In this document: in pieces, positions 1-10,292 of the stretch
Position numbering within the stretch: the stretch's first letter is position 1
Layout: the number at the start of each line of letters is the position of its first letter
Source: Escherichia phage phita32
Sequence record: PQ758395
Length of the DNA: 64,000 bases
Reading direction: 5' to 3' (one strand)
Program-made: the position numbers and the translations under genes
Notes under the pieces: generated by a model
Told to the model about the DNA's origin: nothing
Database searches by the model: none
Seen by the model: only the letters and a program-made list of their open reading frames with translations

Positions 1-2528
1 GTCCTTATCAAGCTCAGCGTGTTTCTGCAATCTTCCTAAGACGTGCCAGAGCTGGCAGGATTATTGAAGTCACCTGCAATATGCGAGGTTTCAAATTTAA
101 ACCTGGTCGTTACGTTACAATGGACCTCCCAAGTATTGGTATAGTGGGCCAAGAAATGAGGGTTCTTGAATGGGAGTTCACCAAAAATGGCGGTGTCAAG
201 GTAAAACTTCGTCAAGATGCTAAAGAGTGGAATGATGCCACAGGGCAACTTCCGGATTCCGGCGATGTAGATATTCCGATATCCCCGTCCGGTGTAGCTC
301 AGCCGCAAAACTTCAGATACTCCGTTCTCCAAGCTGGGGAAGTAACTCACGGTGTTTTGGCTTGGGACAACGTTGGAACTTACGCTCAAAATATTGTGCA
401 GGTAAGAAAGAACGGAGAGATTGTTTGGACAGCACAGACAGTTGAGCAGTTTGTCAAAGTAGAAGGCTTGACCAAAGGGTCATACACAGCAACCGTGGTT
501 GCAACATCTTATAAAGGTGGTGTATCTCCGGAAGCATATTGTGAGTTCAACATTCAGGCACCTGAAGCTCCTGTTTCTGTGGAGGTTAAACAGGGATACT
601 TTGCTATTACCCTGATCCCGCACAGCAGAGACTTGGCTAGTGTAAGCACCCAGTACGACTTTTGGACATCTGGGATGACAAGATTGCCAGATACCAGTGA
701 TGCAACCGTTACTTCAAAAGCCACTCGTATGGGTGTTGGTTCAACTTGGACATCTGAAGGTCTGCAGAACGATAAGATTTATTACTGGTATATCAGGACA
801 ACAAATGCTTTTGGTTCATCTGCTTTTGTGGAGTGTGCAGCCCACTGTTACACATCCATAGAAGATCTTATGCCACAGATTGATGCTGAGTTCAAAAAGA
901 CAGAGACTTATAAAGAGCTTACCGCCAATCTTGATAATGCAGTCAAGGAAATGGATAAAAATGTTGGTGCAGTCAATGACCGTGTTACTAGCATTTTTGA
1001 AGAGCTTGGGGATACAATAGAGGGTGTTGTCAGAGAGACGACAGAAAAATTTACAGGGGTTAATGGAGAAATTTCTACCCTTAACAGTAAGCTGGTAGCA
1101 GCTCAGCAATCATTTGACGATAAACTTGCAGCAGAGTCTGGTAGGCTTGGGTCACTAATCGAGACAACAAATAGATCAACCGTTGATCTTGTTAATCGTA
1201 AAACTCAAGCATTGAGTGAGCAAATAACTGCAACTCAAGGTACTCTGCGGGAAGAGTTGAAGAACACTGAGAGCAAACTTAACTCCTCTATTCAAGAAAC
1301 CAACAAGGCAACAACAGATCTGCTAAATAAGACAACGGAAGCTATTAAGCAGGATCTGGTGGCAGCTACAGGGAAGATCACCAAGCTGGAAGATGATGTG
1401 CAGAAAGAGGTTGCCAATCTGCAAGCATCTATTCAAGAAACTAATAGTACAACAGTTGATCTTGTTAATAATACAGCCACAGCGATCCGTCAAGAACTTA
1501 CCTCTGCAAAACAAGAAATTGTTGACGAAATGGGTAATATTGATGAGCTCAGGGCTACAGTATCTAATACCTCTAAAGCTGTAACAACACTTGAGGGTAA
1601 AATAAATGCTCAGTGGGGAGCTAAGATTCAGGTAGACTCTGCAGGGAATAAGTATGTTGCAGGTATCCAGCTAGGCATGGAGGGGTCTGGAGGACAAGTT
1701 CAATCCTACTTCATGGTTAGTGCAAACAATTTTGCGGTATACAACCCTGGAAATGGAACAGCAACCCTTGCTTTCGCAATCAAGAACAACCAAGCGTTCT
1801 TGAAAGACGCTTTTATAGAGAATGGCACGATCTCCTCTGCCAAGATCGCACAAGAAATTTCGTCAAACAACTACGATGGCAACGGGTACCATAAATACGG
1901 TTGGTACATTAACAAGAACGGGCGCGCCCAATTTATGGATGTGTGGGTGAAAGGCAACATCAACGCCAGTTCTGGTAACTTCACAGGGGCAGTTAACGCC
2001 ACCAGTGGTACCTTCCGTGGAGATGTTTATGCCAATAATGGTAACTTTAGGGGTACCATAGATGCAACTGGAGGTACCTTCCGTGGGCGTGTAGAAGCTT
2101 CTGTTATCCGTGCTAACCAGTTCGAAGGTGCAATAGTTGCACACAGAACCTACGGTGACTGTCCTCCAGTATACAACTCGCAGCAGAGGGTTTGCCGTTG
2201 GAGGTGGAGATATGTGGACAACGTTTCAGGACAAGGTAAGAACGTAACATTCTTCTTTAAACTAAACGGAACATTGTCTGGCTCCCAGCTTAACGTTTGG
2301 ATAGCCGGACATCAAATCCTTGCAGGTAAGAAGTACGGAAACGACAACAACGGCATGTGTGCGGTAGGGATAACTGGTCTAGGTGAACAAACTATAGACA
2401 TTATTGTCGAGATTTACACACCGTGGTCAACGTCTAGCGTGACAGGTGTCACAATCTCCTGTCCCACTGTGATCGTTAGTCGTTCTAACTCAAGCTTCCA
2501 GGGACCTTGGAACGAGTCTCACGACTAA
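1..2528 (+). CDS. Tail central fibre / host-specificity protein, J-like (5'-partial; frame open to window start)
   Basis: Frame is open from nt 3 with no stop before the ATG at 81, so the N-terminus lies upstream of the window. Long coiled-coil heptad region, a segment KINAQWGAKIQVDSAGNKYVAGIQLGMEG..SYFMVSANNFAVYNP resembling the conserved domain of lambda-J-type tip proteins, and Gly-rich GNFTG/GTFRG repeats. Terminator follows. Confidence 0.55.
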   Translation, partial: PYQAQRVSAIFLRRARAGRIIEVTCNMRGFKFKPGRYVTMDLPSIGIVGQEMRVLEWEFTKNGGVKVKLRQDAKEWNDATGQLPDSGDVDIPISPSGVAQPQNFRYSVLQAGEVTHGVLAWDNVGTYAQNIVQVRKNGEIVWTAQTVEQFVKVEGLTKGSYTATVVATSYKGGVSPEAYCEFNIQAPEAPVSVEVKQGYFAITLIPHSRDLASVSTQYDFWTSGMTRLPDTSDATVTSKATRMGVGSTWTSEGLQNDKIYYWYIRTTNAFGSSAFVECAAHCYTSIEDLMPQIDAEFKKTETYKELTANLDNAVKEMDKNVGAVNDRVTSIFEELGDTIEGVVRETTEKFTGVNGEISTLNSKLVAAQQSFDDKLAAESGRLGSLIETTNRSTVDLVNRKTQALSEQITATQGTLREELKNTESKLNSSIQETNKATTDLLNKTTEAIKQDLVAATGKITKLEDDVQKEVANLQASIQETNSTTVDLVNNTATAIRQELTSAKQEIVDEMGNIDELRATVSNTSKAVTTLEGKINAQWGAKIQVDSAGNKYVAGIQLGMEGSGGQVQSYFMVSANNFAVYNPGNGTATLAFAIKNNQAFLKDAFIENGTISSAKIAQEISSNNYDGNGYHKYGWYINKNGRAQFMDVWVKGNINASSGNFTGAVNATSGTFRGDVYANNGNFRGTIDATGGTFRGRVEASVIRANQFEGAIVAHRTYGDCPPVYNSQQRVCRWRWRYVDNVSGQGKNVTFFFKLNGTLSGSQLNVWIAGHQILAGKKYGNDNNGMCAVGITGLGEQTIDIIVEIYTPWSTSSVTGVTISCPTVIVSRSNSSFQGPWNESHD

Positions 2529-2536
2529 CCTTTAAA

Positions 2537-2563
2537 GCCCCGCTTCGGCGGGGTTTATTTTTA
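2537..2563 (+). terminator. Intrinsic terminator (GCCCCGC-TTCG-GCGGGG + T-run)
   Basis: GC stem with TTCG tetraloop followed by TTTATTTTT immediately after the stop at 2528. Confidence 0.6.
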
Positions 2564-2633
2564 TGCTCAGATTGACTATTGTTACAAAATTTGGTAAAAT
2601 ACCTTGTAGAGATTTTCATACCGGAGGAGTGAC

Positions 2634-4124
2634 GTGGCTAAGTATGGATTGACAGAGGCTGGTTTCGTTATACCAACCCTAAATGACCTAATCGTTGAAA
2701 CTAAGCAAAGCCTGATCCGTGCTTTTGGCGAAAACTTCAACGTACAGAGTAACTCCGTTGCAGATAAGCTGACCACTATCTTCAACGAGCGAGAGTATCA
2801 ACTTATTCTTATGGCAGCATCTGTATACGCATCACAGACGCTGTATGGGGCAGAAGGTATCTACCTAGATGAGCTTCTTGGAAGACAGGGTATTTACCGA
2901 AGAGGCCGTTCTAAATCATCAGGTACCTGCCAGTTGACAATCAACACAACTGTGCCGTACAATATGATTTATGATTCCAAAACTTATACGCTGGACAGTG
3001 GCAACTTTGTTCTTAGCAACGATGTGCAAGTAGCAGGGAATCTTATTGCTCACAGAATAAATGCTCCAGACCTAAGGATTGGGAAATACAACTTCCAAAT
3101 TACCAACCAGACAGATGGAAGTATCAAAACAAAAAGCCTGGTTTTAACAGATAAATCTCTGGACTCTTCTGATTTGCCAAGCTTTTACGGAGAGATTAAG
3201 CAATTCATTGTCGATAATACAACCCTGTTGAACGACGATTTGATTCAGATCGATATGTTGACAGGAACGTTGTGGATAGGGTACAATTCGAATCTTGATC
3301 AAGTTGGACTTAACAGTAGGGTAGATTTCAGAGTATCCCCGATTGTAGGGGAAAGAACTATCACACTGGATGTTATCGCTAACGAGGCTGGTGAGCTGTC
3401 AAGAGAAGCAGAAACCGTGACAACAATGTCACCTACTCCTAGTGGATTTATCAAGCTTACCAACCGAGAAAGATTCAATGAGGGCAGGGATGTTGAGAAA
3501 GACTCAGAGTATCGCTTAAGAGCTTCCAGCACAAAACAGTTAACATCTAAGGCTACCCGTCCTGCAATCCTTAGCGCTGTAAGCGAGGTGAAAGGTGTTG
3601 AGAAAGTGAGAGTGTTCTCCAACAACACCGATAAAACTGATGCTAAAGGTATACCTCCTTACAAGTTCCAAGTGGTTGTGTTTGGTGGTGCAACGGAGGA
3701 CATTTGCCAAGCACTTTACCAAACTATAGCCTGTACGAACAGGACTTATGGTAATATTTTCTACGATGTCACTACATCTGACGGTCAAACTGAAAGAATT
3801 TATTACTCCAAGGCAAACACCTACCGCCTAGATGTAAGAATTACCTACTCCGGTGCTGCGCTTTCTACAACCGAAAAAGATGCCATTATAGAGGCTCTTT
3901 TGCAGGTTGTTAACGGACTGGATGTTGCAGATACGTTGTATAATATCCAATTGGTAGGTGCTGCATCTGCTGCTGTGTCAATAGGCAGATTTAATAGACT
4001 GGTAATTCAAGTTAAATCCGTAGGAGCTTCTGATGAAGCTTACACTACAAACGATATTGTTGCGAACATGACCGAGGTGTTTGACCTCGACGAAAGTAAT
4101 ATAACTTTCCAACAAACTATTTAA
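2634..4124 (+). CDS. Tail/baseplate structural protein (496 aa)
   Basis: GTG start with GGAGG RBS; position directly after the J-like gene; N-terminal region loosely reminiscent of baseplate-J-type proteins (not verified). Confidence 0.4.
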   Translation: MAKYGLTEAGFVIPTLNDLIVETKQSLIRAFGENFNVQSNSVADKLTTIFNEREYQLILMAASVYASQTLYGAEGIYLDELLGRQGIYRRGRSKSSGTCQLTINTTVPYNMIYDSKTYTLDSGNFVLSNDVQVAGNLIAHRINAPDLRIGKYNFQITNQTDGSIKTKSLVLTDKSLDSSDLPSFYGEIKQFIVDNTTLLNDDLIQIDMLTGTLWIGYNSNLDQVGLNSRVDFRVSPIVGERTITLDVIANEAGELSREAETVTTMSPTPSGFIKLTNRERFNEGRDVEKDSEYRLRASSTKQLTSKATRPAILSAVSEVKGVEKVRVFSNNTDKTDAKGIPPYKFQVVVFGGATEDICQALYQTIACTNRTYGNIFYDVTTSDGQTERIYYSKANTYRLDVRITYSGAALSTTEKDAIIEALLQVVNGLDVADTLYNIQLVGAASAAVSIGRFNRLVIQVKSVGASDEAYTTNDIVANMTEVFDLDESNITFQQTI

Positions 4125-4135
4125 GGCGGCGAGAT

Positions 4136-4822
4136 ATGGCAGAGATTAAGTCGGATGTTAACCACATCCACACTCTGCCAGATTTTGTTCAGGGAGGTCT
4201 TGACTACCTACCTGGAGATTTTCTGGCTGAGAAGGTTAATTTAGTCACATTCTTAACCGTATACCTTAAAAGGTTGGAGGATGTTGATAAGATGCTGGTA
4301 GGTTTGGCTGAAGGAAGATTGCTTAACAATGCCAGCGGAAGATACCTTGACGAAGTTGGTAATCAACTTGGTATTCTTAGGAATGGACTTTCAGATGCTG
4401 ATTTTCGTGCCACACTAATTATTCAGCAGGCCGCAGCATCAAGGGGCGGGACTCGCGAAGATGTCATCTCCACCTTGCGACAATTGTTCGGAAGAGACAA
4501 TTTCGATACGTGGAAAGGAGACAACTTCAGGTTTGACATAAATATTAGAAAAACTTGCTTTGACATATTGCAGTCTATCGATCAGATCTTAGATATGCTA
4601 CCATTACCTTGTCATTTGCGTCTTACAGAATCGCAAGGGCAAGCTTTTGGTTTTGAAGGGGACTCTACAGCTCTTGGCTTCGGATCAGTGTGGGAAGAAA
4701 ACCAATTCGGAGTTGGTGGGCTGGCTACTTTGCTATATGTTCCTGACGTAAGACCTGATTGGGACACCACAACCATTTATTGTGAAAGTATTACAGTAAA
4801 CGCAACTAGACAGGAGGGTTAA
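4136..4822 (+). CDS. Tail/baseplate structural protein (228 aa)
   Basis: ATG with GGCGG/GAG RBS-like upstream; co-oriented in the tail operon. Confidence 0.35.
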   Translation: MAEIKSDVNHIHTLPDFVQGGLDYLPGDFLAEKVNLVTFLTVYLKRLEDVDKMLVGLAEGRLLNNASGRYLDEVGNQLGILRNGLSDADFRATLIIQQAAASRGGTREDVISTLRQLFGRDNFDTWKGDNFRFDINIRKTCFDILQSIDQILDMLPLPCHLRLTESQGQAFGFEGDSTALGFGSVWEENQFGVGGLATLLYVPDVRPDWDTTTIYCESITVNATRQEG

Positions 4823-6894
4823 TGGCAACAGCTGTTTTTAAACCTTACCGTGATTACTCTACAATGGCTGCACAGTTTCATTACCGAACAGTTCAGGATA
4901 CTGCCGTTCCTGGTAGGGATTATAATCATGTTGAGGGCGATGTAACTATCCCAATTGGGGCAACCAGTATTGAGATCCCAGTGGAAATTGTTGACAAATT
5001 ACCCAACAGGTTGCCAAGAAGCTTCTTTATGGAGTTTTCATCAAAATCCCAAGGGGTAATGATTGGAACACAAAGGGCGAAATGTACAATAGTTTCAGAT
5101 GAGAATCTCGACAGGATATCTTGGGATACTGTTGAGGAGAGAATGTTCCACCCAAGATATTGGGTTACAACTACTCAGCAGACTGAAAGTACCTGTATTG
5201 TTGCAGATAACAACTGTTGTATTAACCGTTTAGTGTCAAGAACATATGGGGGTATGGCTGGGTGCATTTGGGAAACAGTTGACAAGTATGACCATTTCGG
5301 CATTGGGTTTGATGATCACTATGAGATGAGAAACACCAAGCTTTGGTTCAGAATGTCAATAACCAACGCCAGCAACTTCTCCACTCCTGAAAAGATGATT
5401 ATGACTGTAGACCTTGTTGATGGCACAATCATCTATGTTCCTTTAGCTCAATATGCTGTCAGCATCTCAGAGGATAAGAATGTTGCAGAAATTCATATTG
5501 ATTTCGAGGACTGCGTCGGGATGGACCAGAACAACAACATGATGGGCGTTGATCCCCGACAGGTGAGAAGGATTCTAATACCCCTTATGCCTAAAGATTG
5601 GGTAAGTAATAGCACAGACCCAAGAACGGAAAATGTAGAGTGCGAGTTGCGTCTAGATCTGCTTCAGCCAGACACAGGTTGGAAAATGATGCAACTTAAC
5701 AATATCCAGGTGAAAGAGCACGACGTTGGGATCTGCACAGCATATGACGATATGTGGAACGTATCTCCTTTAAGGGTGTTGAGCAATATCAAGCGTCTGG
5801 GATATACCGGAACCATAAACCATTATGTGGGTATGAGTCATTATTATGACTACACATGGTCAGGAACTCAATGGTCTATAAACAGAACAGGGGCGCTAAA
5901 CGCTGCAGCTTATAAATGGCATGATGATTTTATGTACAATGCCAAACGACATAACTTCGACGTTATGCAGTCTGTAAGTTTTGAGCTTTACAGCGATGCC
6001 TGCCCGTTGGAATGGACCCAAAGAGACTGGAACGATAACTATGCTAAAACAGGGTATACACCTTGTAGCTACCTCCTGTCTCCAACCATTGAAGAGGGTA
6101 TGAATTTCCTTACTGCAGTATTTAAGAATTTTGCATCATCTGCTATGAGAAACAACCTGCCAGTGATTATGCAGATTGGTGAACCGTGGTGGTGGTTCAA
6201 TACCGATACTCGTAAGCCTTGTATTTATGACTACCCTACAAAACAAGCGTTTTATGATGAGACTGGTGAATATGCACTAGACATTGGGACTATTGACGAT
6301 CCTAAAACTGGCGGTGTTTATGACAAGTATGTAGCATTTTGTCGTGGTAAGCTTGGCGCTCGTATTGCGGCTATTTCAAAGGCAATAAAGGCACACGCTG
6401 CATCAGCTCAGATGACAGCTTTGCTGTTTTTCCCAACCATTATGGAAACCGAGCTTACGCAAAAGCTGAACCTTGCTGACCAATACAAAAAGGAAGCAGG
6501 AGCTCTTGATTTCTTCTGCACTGAGTGCTACGATTGGGTGATGCAGGGAGGTATTGAAAAGGCAAAAGAGTCTGTAAACATACCTATCGTTAAGTTAGGT
6601 TGGCAACCGTCTGAAATACAATACCTTGCAGGGTTCGTTCCTAGTAAAGAGCTTGCTCCGGTATATGGCTACGACCCAACTAGGAATTACCAAGAATTTT
6701 TATGGAGATGTATTTGCGGAAACATGGCAACTATAGAGTATAGATACCCTGAGGTAAAACAGTATGTGTGGGCATATCCGCAAGTAATGTCTGACAGCAT
6801 CACTGTTACCGCCAGAGATTCTACCGTGCTTCATATGGGGCAGGTTGCTCTGAAAGGGTATGTAGAAGATGTTGTCCCGCCAGACTTCTCATAA
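4822..6894 (+). CDS. Tail fibre-associated protein (690 aa) with N-terminal Ig/Calx-beta-like segment
   Basis: TAATG stop-start overlap with the upstream gene; N-terminal VEGDVTIPIGATSIEIPVEIVDK beta-sandwich-like motif; large Trp/Tyr-rich C-terminal domain. Confidence 0.4.
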   Translation: MATAVFKPYRDYSTMAAQFHYRTVQDTAVPGRDYNHVEGDVTIPIGATSIEIPVEIVDKLPNRLPRSFFMEFSSKSQGVMIGTQRAKCTIVSDENLDRISWDTVEERMFHPRYWVTTTQQTESTCIVADNNCCINRLVSRTYGGMAGCIWETVDKYDHFGIGFDDHYEMRNTKLWFRMSITNASNFSTPEKMIMTVDLVDGTIIYVPLAQYAVSISEDKNVAEIHIDFEDCVGMDQNNNMMGVDPRQVRRILIPLMPKDWVSNSTDPRTENVECELRLDLLQPDTGWKMMQLNNIQVKEHDVGICTAYDDMWNVSPLRVLSNIKRLGYTGTINHYVGMSHYYDYTWSGTQWSINRTGALNAAAYKWHDDFMYNAKRHNFDVMQSVSFELYSDACPLEWTQRDWNDNYAKTGYTPCSYLLSPTIEEGMNFLTAVFKNFASSAMRNNLPVIMQIGEPWWWFNTDTRKPCIYDYPTKQAFYDETGEYALDIGTIDDPKTGGVYDKYVAFCRGKLGARIAAISKAIKAHAASAQMTALLFFPTIMETELTQKLNLADQYKKEAGALDFFCTECYDWVMQGGIEKAKESVNIPIVKLGWQPSEIQYLAGFVPSKELAPVYGYDPTRNYQEFLWRCICGNMATIEYRYPEVKQYVWAYPQVMSDSITVTARDSTVLHMGQVALKGYVEDVVPPDFS

Positions 6895-6906
6895 TCAGGA
6901 GATAAA

Positions 6907-7947
6907 ATGTCAAAACCTAGTTTTCCATTAGAGATTTGGGCAGAGGAGGATCAGGTTCTGCCTAACACCCACAGACAGAACAGGCTACGCCCGATTGATG
7001 ATTTGTGGAGAAAAGGTTGGGATCTCGGTCAAAAGCCCTCATGTGAAGAACTTAACTATATTTTCAATATGCTCGGAACTTGGGCAAAATACATTGCTGA
7101 CGAGCAGATCCCAGCTCAAGAAGGCCGTTATCTGGTACGTGATAATAACTTGAGTGATCTTTTGAACATCCCTGTTGCCCGTAGAAACCTTGGGATTATT
7201 ACTAAGGAAGAGGCAGACGCCAGGTATGTAAAAGTTACAGGTGATACAATGACAGGCCCATTGGGTTTGCAACGTATCAACTTTAAAGCTGCCGAGACAG
7301 ATAAGGCTTGGATAGAGACAACTATTGGCCCAGATAAGACAACTCTCGACTTTGGGTTAAGTGATAATACCGGGTCGTTTGATGATGGTGGTACATCTAC
7401 AGTGGATGCGTTCCGTTGGAGATTCCAGCCAACTCAGCCGGATATTAATCCAGAGTTCACTTTGATGTACCTTAACGCGATCACGGCTAACCGTGCGCTG
7501 TTGAAAGTGGTAGGCAATGTTGAAGTTGTCGATAACATGAGGTGCAATAACCTTACTATCAGCAATACAGCGACATTCACCAACTGTAATGTGGCTAGTC
7601 AGTTGACGGCTGGGTCAGTGTATGTTAATGGTGGTGCAAGTTGTGACAGTATGGTTGTAAGAAGCCAGCACTGTGTTGTCGGTAACAGAAATGTGGTTCG
7701 CTCTGTGAACGGAGTGACGGCTAACGGTAACGGTGATGTAACGATCACTATCCCGCAGACAGGTGTGCAAGACATCAGAATCGGTGCAAGACTTGTGGAC
7801 GGAGTTTCTGAATCTCCAATCCGCAACGGCTACGTTGTCACAGGCTGGCATTTCGGTGACAAAAAAGAGATGCGTGGTTCAACCTACTGGGCAGGACCTT
7901 TACAAAAACTTGTAAATGGTCAATGGATCACTGTTAATTATGCATAG
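6907..7947 (+). CDS. Tail fibre protein, paralog A (346 aa)
   Basis: Shares N-terminus (PLxIWAxxDxVL..GW..) and C-terminal 14 aa (LQKLVNGQWIT-V/I-xYA) with the ORF at 8959..10005; central region differs. Confidence 0.5.
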   Translation: MSKPSFPLEIWAEEDQVLPNTHRQNRLRPIDDLWRKGWDLGQKPSCEELNYIFNMLGTWAKYIADEQIPAQEGRYLVRDNNLSDLLNIPVARRNLGIITKEEADARYVKVTGDTMTGPLGLQRINFKAAETDKAWIETTIGPDKTTLDFGLSDNTGSFDDGGTSTVDAFRWRFQPTQPDINPEFTLMYLNAITANRALLKVVGNVEVVDNMRCNNLTISNTATFTNCNVASQLTAGSVYVNGGASCDSMVVRSQHCVVGNRNVVRSVNGVTANGNGDVTITIPQTGVQDIRIGARLVDGVSESPIRNGYVVTGWHFGDKKEMRGSTYWAGPLQKLVNGQWITVNYA

Positions 7948-7961
7948 ATCGGAGGACTAGC

Positions 7962-8546
7962 ATGAAAATACTTCAAGAGTTTAAACTTTACCAACCGGGA
8001 TCTGGCGAATACCGCACCAACAAGGAAACCAAGGAGCTGACCCCTCAAGAGGTTGAGGATTACACAGCATACACTGGGTATTTTTTACGTAATGATGATG
8101 GCGATTGGTATGTGCAGTCACGAACATTGCGACAAGAAAATCCGGGTTGTATCTTCCTACTTGTTGACGAGAAGGGAATTCTTAAGACATCTACAGAAGA
8201 ACCTGATGCCTTATGGCCTGCTCCAGGTCTTCGTGTGGTTATCGCCAAAAAAGAAGAGGTACCAGAAAACATTATGCTTCACCACGACGCTTTGCGTTTA
8301 GTTGGTGATGAATTTGTCACAGACAATGAATTCTTTGTTCAACAGGCAGAGGGTGTCATAGAGACAGAACTTGCTTGGGCTACTGCTAGAATTGGTGCCT
8401 ATCAAGACATGATTGACCTTGAATATGATCTTACTGATGACCAGAAACGTAACATCAGAGATTTGAAAATGTACAGGGTAAAACTTCTTGAAATAGATAC
8501 ATCTAAAGCCCCTGACATTTTCTTCCCGGAGCGACCTACCCTCTAA
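7962..8546 (+). CDS. Putative tail fibre assembly/chaperone protein (194 aa)
   Basis: Small gene immediately downstream of a tail fibre gene, as is typical for Tfa-type chaperones; GGAGG RBS. Confidence 0.3.
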   Translation: MKILQEFKLYQPGSGEYRTNKETKELTPQEVEDYTAYTGYFLRNDDGDWYVQSRTLRQENPGCIFLLVDEKGILKTSTEEPDALWPAPGLRVVIAKKEEVPENIMLHHDALRLVGDEFVTDNEFFVQQAEGVIETELAWATARIGAYQDMIDLEYDLTDDQKRNIRDLKMYRVKLLEIDTSKAPDIFFPERPTL

Positions 8547-8557
8547 GAGGAGGTGTT

Positions 8558-8872
8558 GTGGAGTTGGATTTGGCGGCATTGTACGGTATCTGCATGGGTA
8601 CCGTTGTCCCGATCTGTGTATGGGCTTTCAACCAGTGGCACACCAAATGGAAAGGCATTTCCAAGAGGTTGGATGAACTGGAGAAAGACCTCATCTTAGT
8701 GAAAAACAGTATGGTTACAAAAGATAAACTTGATTCCGTTATCGAGACCCGGTTAAGCAAGCTAGAGGCCGATATTAACGACCTTAAGCAGGATGTCAGG
8801 ACAGATGTTTCCGGTATCCGAGCTGATGTACAAAAGATTTTGCACATGCTCGTAGAGCATAGTAAAAGGTAA
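8558..8872 (+). CDS. Membrane-anchored coiled-coil protein (104 aa)
   Basis: GTG start after AAGAGGAGG RBS; N-terminal hydrophobic helix then heptad coiled coil; topology resembles i-spanin-like or fibre-associated proteins. Confidence 0.3.
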   Translation: MELDLAALYGICMGTVVPICVWAFNQWHTKWKGISKRLDELEKDLILVKNSMVTKDKLDSVIETRLSKLEADINDLKQDVRTDVSGIRADVQKILHMLVEHSKR

Positions 8873-8958
8873 ACAAAGGTCAGAACGGAAAGGACTCCGT
8901 TCTTGCATTTTGTTCTCTAAAGTGTTAAAATATTCCTAAGGAATTTTCTCAGGAGAAC

Positions 8959-10005
8959 GTGATGACTAAACCAGTTATCCCTCTTGATATTTGGGCCAAT
9001 CAGGATGTTGTGCTTGAAAATACGGGAGAATTGAATAAGTCTCAACCGAAAAAAGAAGATAGATTGAGAGGTTGGGATATGACACAAAGAGTGGCATGTG
9101 AAGTTGTTAACTTTGAACTTCACATGCTTTCTGCGTGGTTAAAGCATTTAACAGAAGATGTTGTCCCAGGATGGGATAATAGATTCTTAAGGGTCACTAA
9201 TAATCTAGCAGACGTTCCAGACAAAGCTGCTGCACGTCAAGTTCTCAATGTATACTCGCCTGAAGAAATGGACGATCTATATATTGACAAGTCCGGAGAC
9301 ATAATGACTCAGACTCAAACTTTAGGTCTTCAAAGAATCGAGTTTGCATCTGCGTCAACAGACAATGCGGCAATATATACCACCATAACTCCAGACAAGA
9401 CGACGATGGATTTCTGGATTATGGACAACATCGGTGGTGCTGACGGCACAGACCTTGATGATCCTTCTCACCAAATAGACGGGTTCCGTTGGAGATTTCA
9501 ACCTTCGGGTGGGCAGCCTGTGTTTTCGGCTATGAAGCTCAATGCTATAACTGCCAACCGTGCAAGACTGGCTATCCAAGGAAATCTTGAATGCAACGAT
9601 GCAAAAAGTTCCTCTGCAAATGCCAATGCAGTCACGATACCAAGAGCCACTGTTAATGGACAACAATCCTGCGGAAGCGCTCAAATAGGTGGAAGAGTTG
9701 ATTGTAACGATGAAACCGTCAGGGGCCAATATGCAACAGTTGGTGGAAGAAACGTGGTCCGCAGGGTAAATGGTAACGGCGCAGACAGTAGTGGTAACCT
9801 TACTATTCCTATGCCTAGCAGAGGGGTTGATGATGTAAGGATAGCAAACCGTTTCAAAACCACCTACAGAGAGTCAAGAGTCTACCCTGGACATGTGATG
9901 TGCTCTGGTAACTACGCTTATAAACACCCTTATCAAGGTGACTACTGGACAGGTGCTATCCAAAAACTTGTAAATGGTCAATGGATCACTATATCTTATG
10001 CTTAA
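8959..10005 (+). CDS. Tail fibre protein, paralog B (348 aa)
   Basis: Paralog of 6907..7947 (shared termini); AGGAGAA RBS. Confidence 0.5.
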   Translation: MMTKPVIPLDIWANQDVVLENTGELNKSQPKKEDRLRGWDMTQRVACEVVNFELHMLSAWLKHLTEDVVPGWDNRFLRVTNNLADVPDKAAARQVLNVYSPEEMDDLYIDKSGDIMTQTQTLGLQRIEFASASTDNAAIYTTITPDKTTMDFWIMDNIGGADGTDLDDPSHQIDGFRWRFQPSGGQPVFSAMKLNAITANRARLAIQGNLECNDAKSSSANANAVTIPRATVNGQQSCGSAQIGGRVDCNDETVRGQYATVGGRNVVRRVNGNGADSSGNLTIPMPSRGVDDVRIANRFKTTYRESRVYPGHVMCSGNYAYKHPYQGDYWTGAIQKLVNGQWITISYA

Positions 10006-10016
10006 AAAGAGGGTAA

Positions 10017-10283
10017 ATGAAACTAACTCAGTTTTTATGGGGACTGGTTGCGGCATCTGATGACCCTACGAAAGTGTCCCAATCTAAGCTATGGTCGAAC
10101 ATAGGCATGGCGGTGATGACTGGGGTGTTTATTCATATGGGGTATAATGATACGCTTCCTGAATGGTATGCGTGGATATACGCGCCTTCAGTAGCTTGCC
10201 CCCAGCTTATTAGCAAATTCATCTCGCTCCGGTGGGGTTGCCAGCACCCTGACCACGTTAAAAACGAAGAGCAAAAAGCTTAA
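10017..10283 (+). CDS. Hypothetical small protein (88 aa), one hydrophobic segment
   Basis: ORF with GAGGG RBS directly after the fibre gene. Confidence 0.3.
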   Translation: MKLTQFLWGLVAASDDPTKVSQSKLWSNIGMAVMTGVFIHMGYNDTLPEWYAWIYAPSVACPQLISKFISLRWGCQHPDHVKNEEQKA

Positions 10284-10292
10284 GGAGAAATC

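Noticed and set aside
8558-8872. Calling the 104-aa membrane coiled-coil ORF an i-spanin or holin (lysis cassette)
   Set aside because: The topology fits, but there is no adjacent endolysin, holin or lipoprotein o-spanin, and the gene sits inside the tail-fibre cluster; a functional call is not justified.
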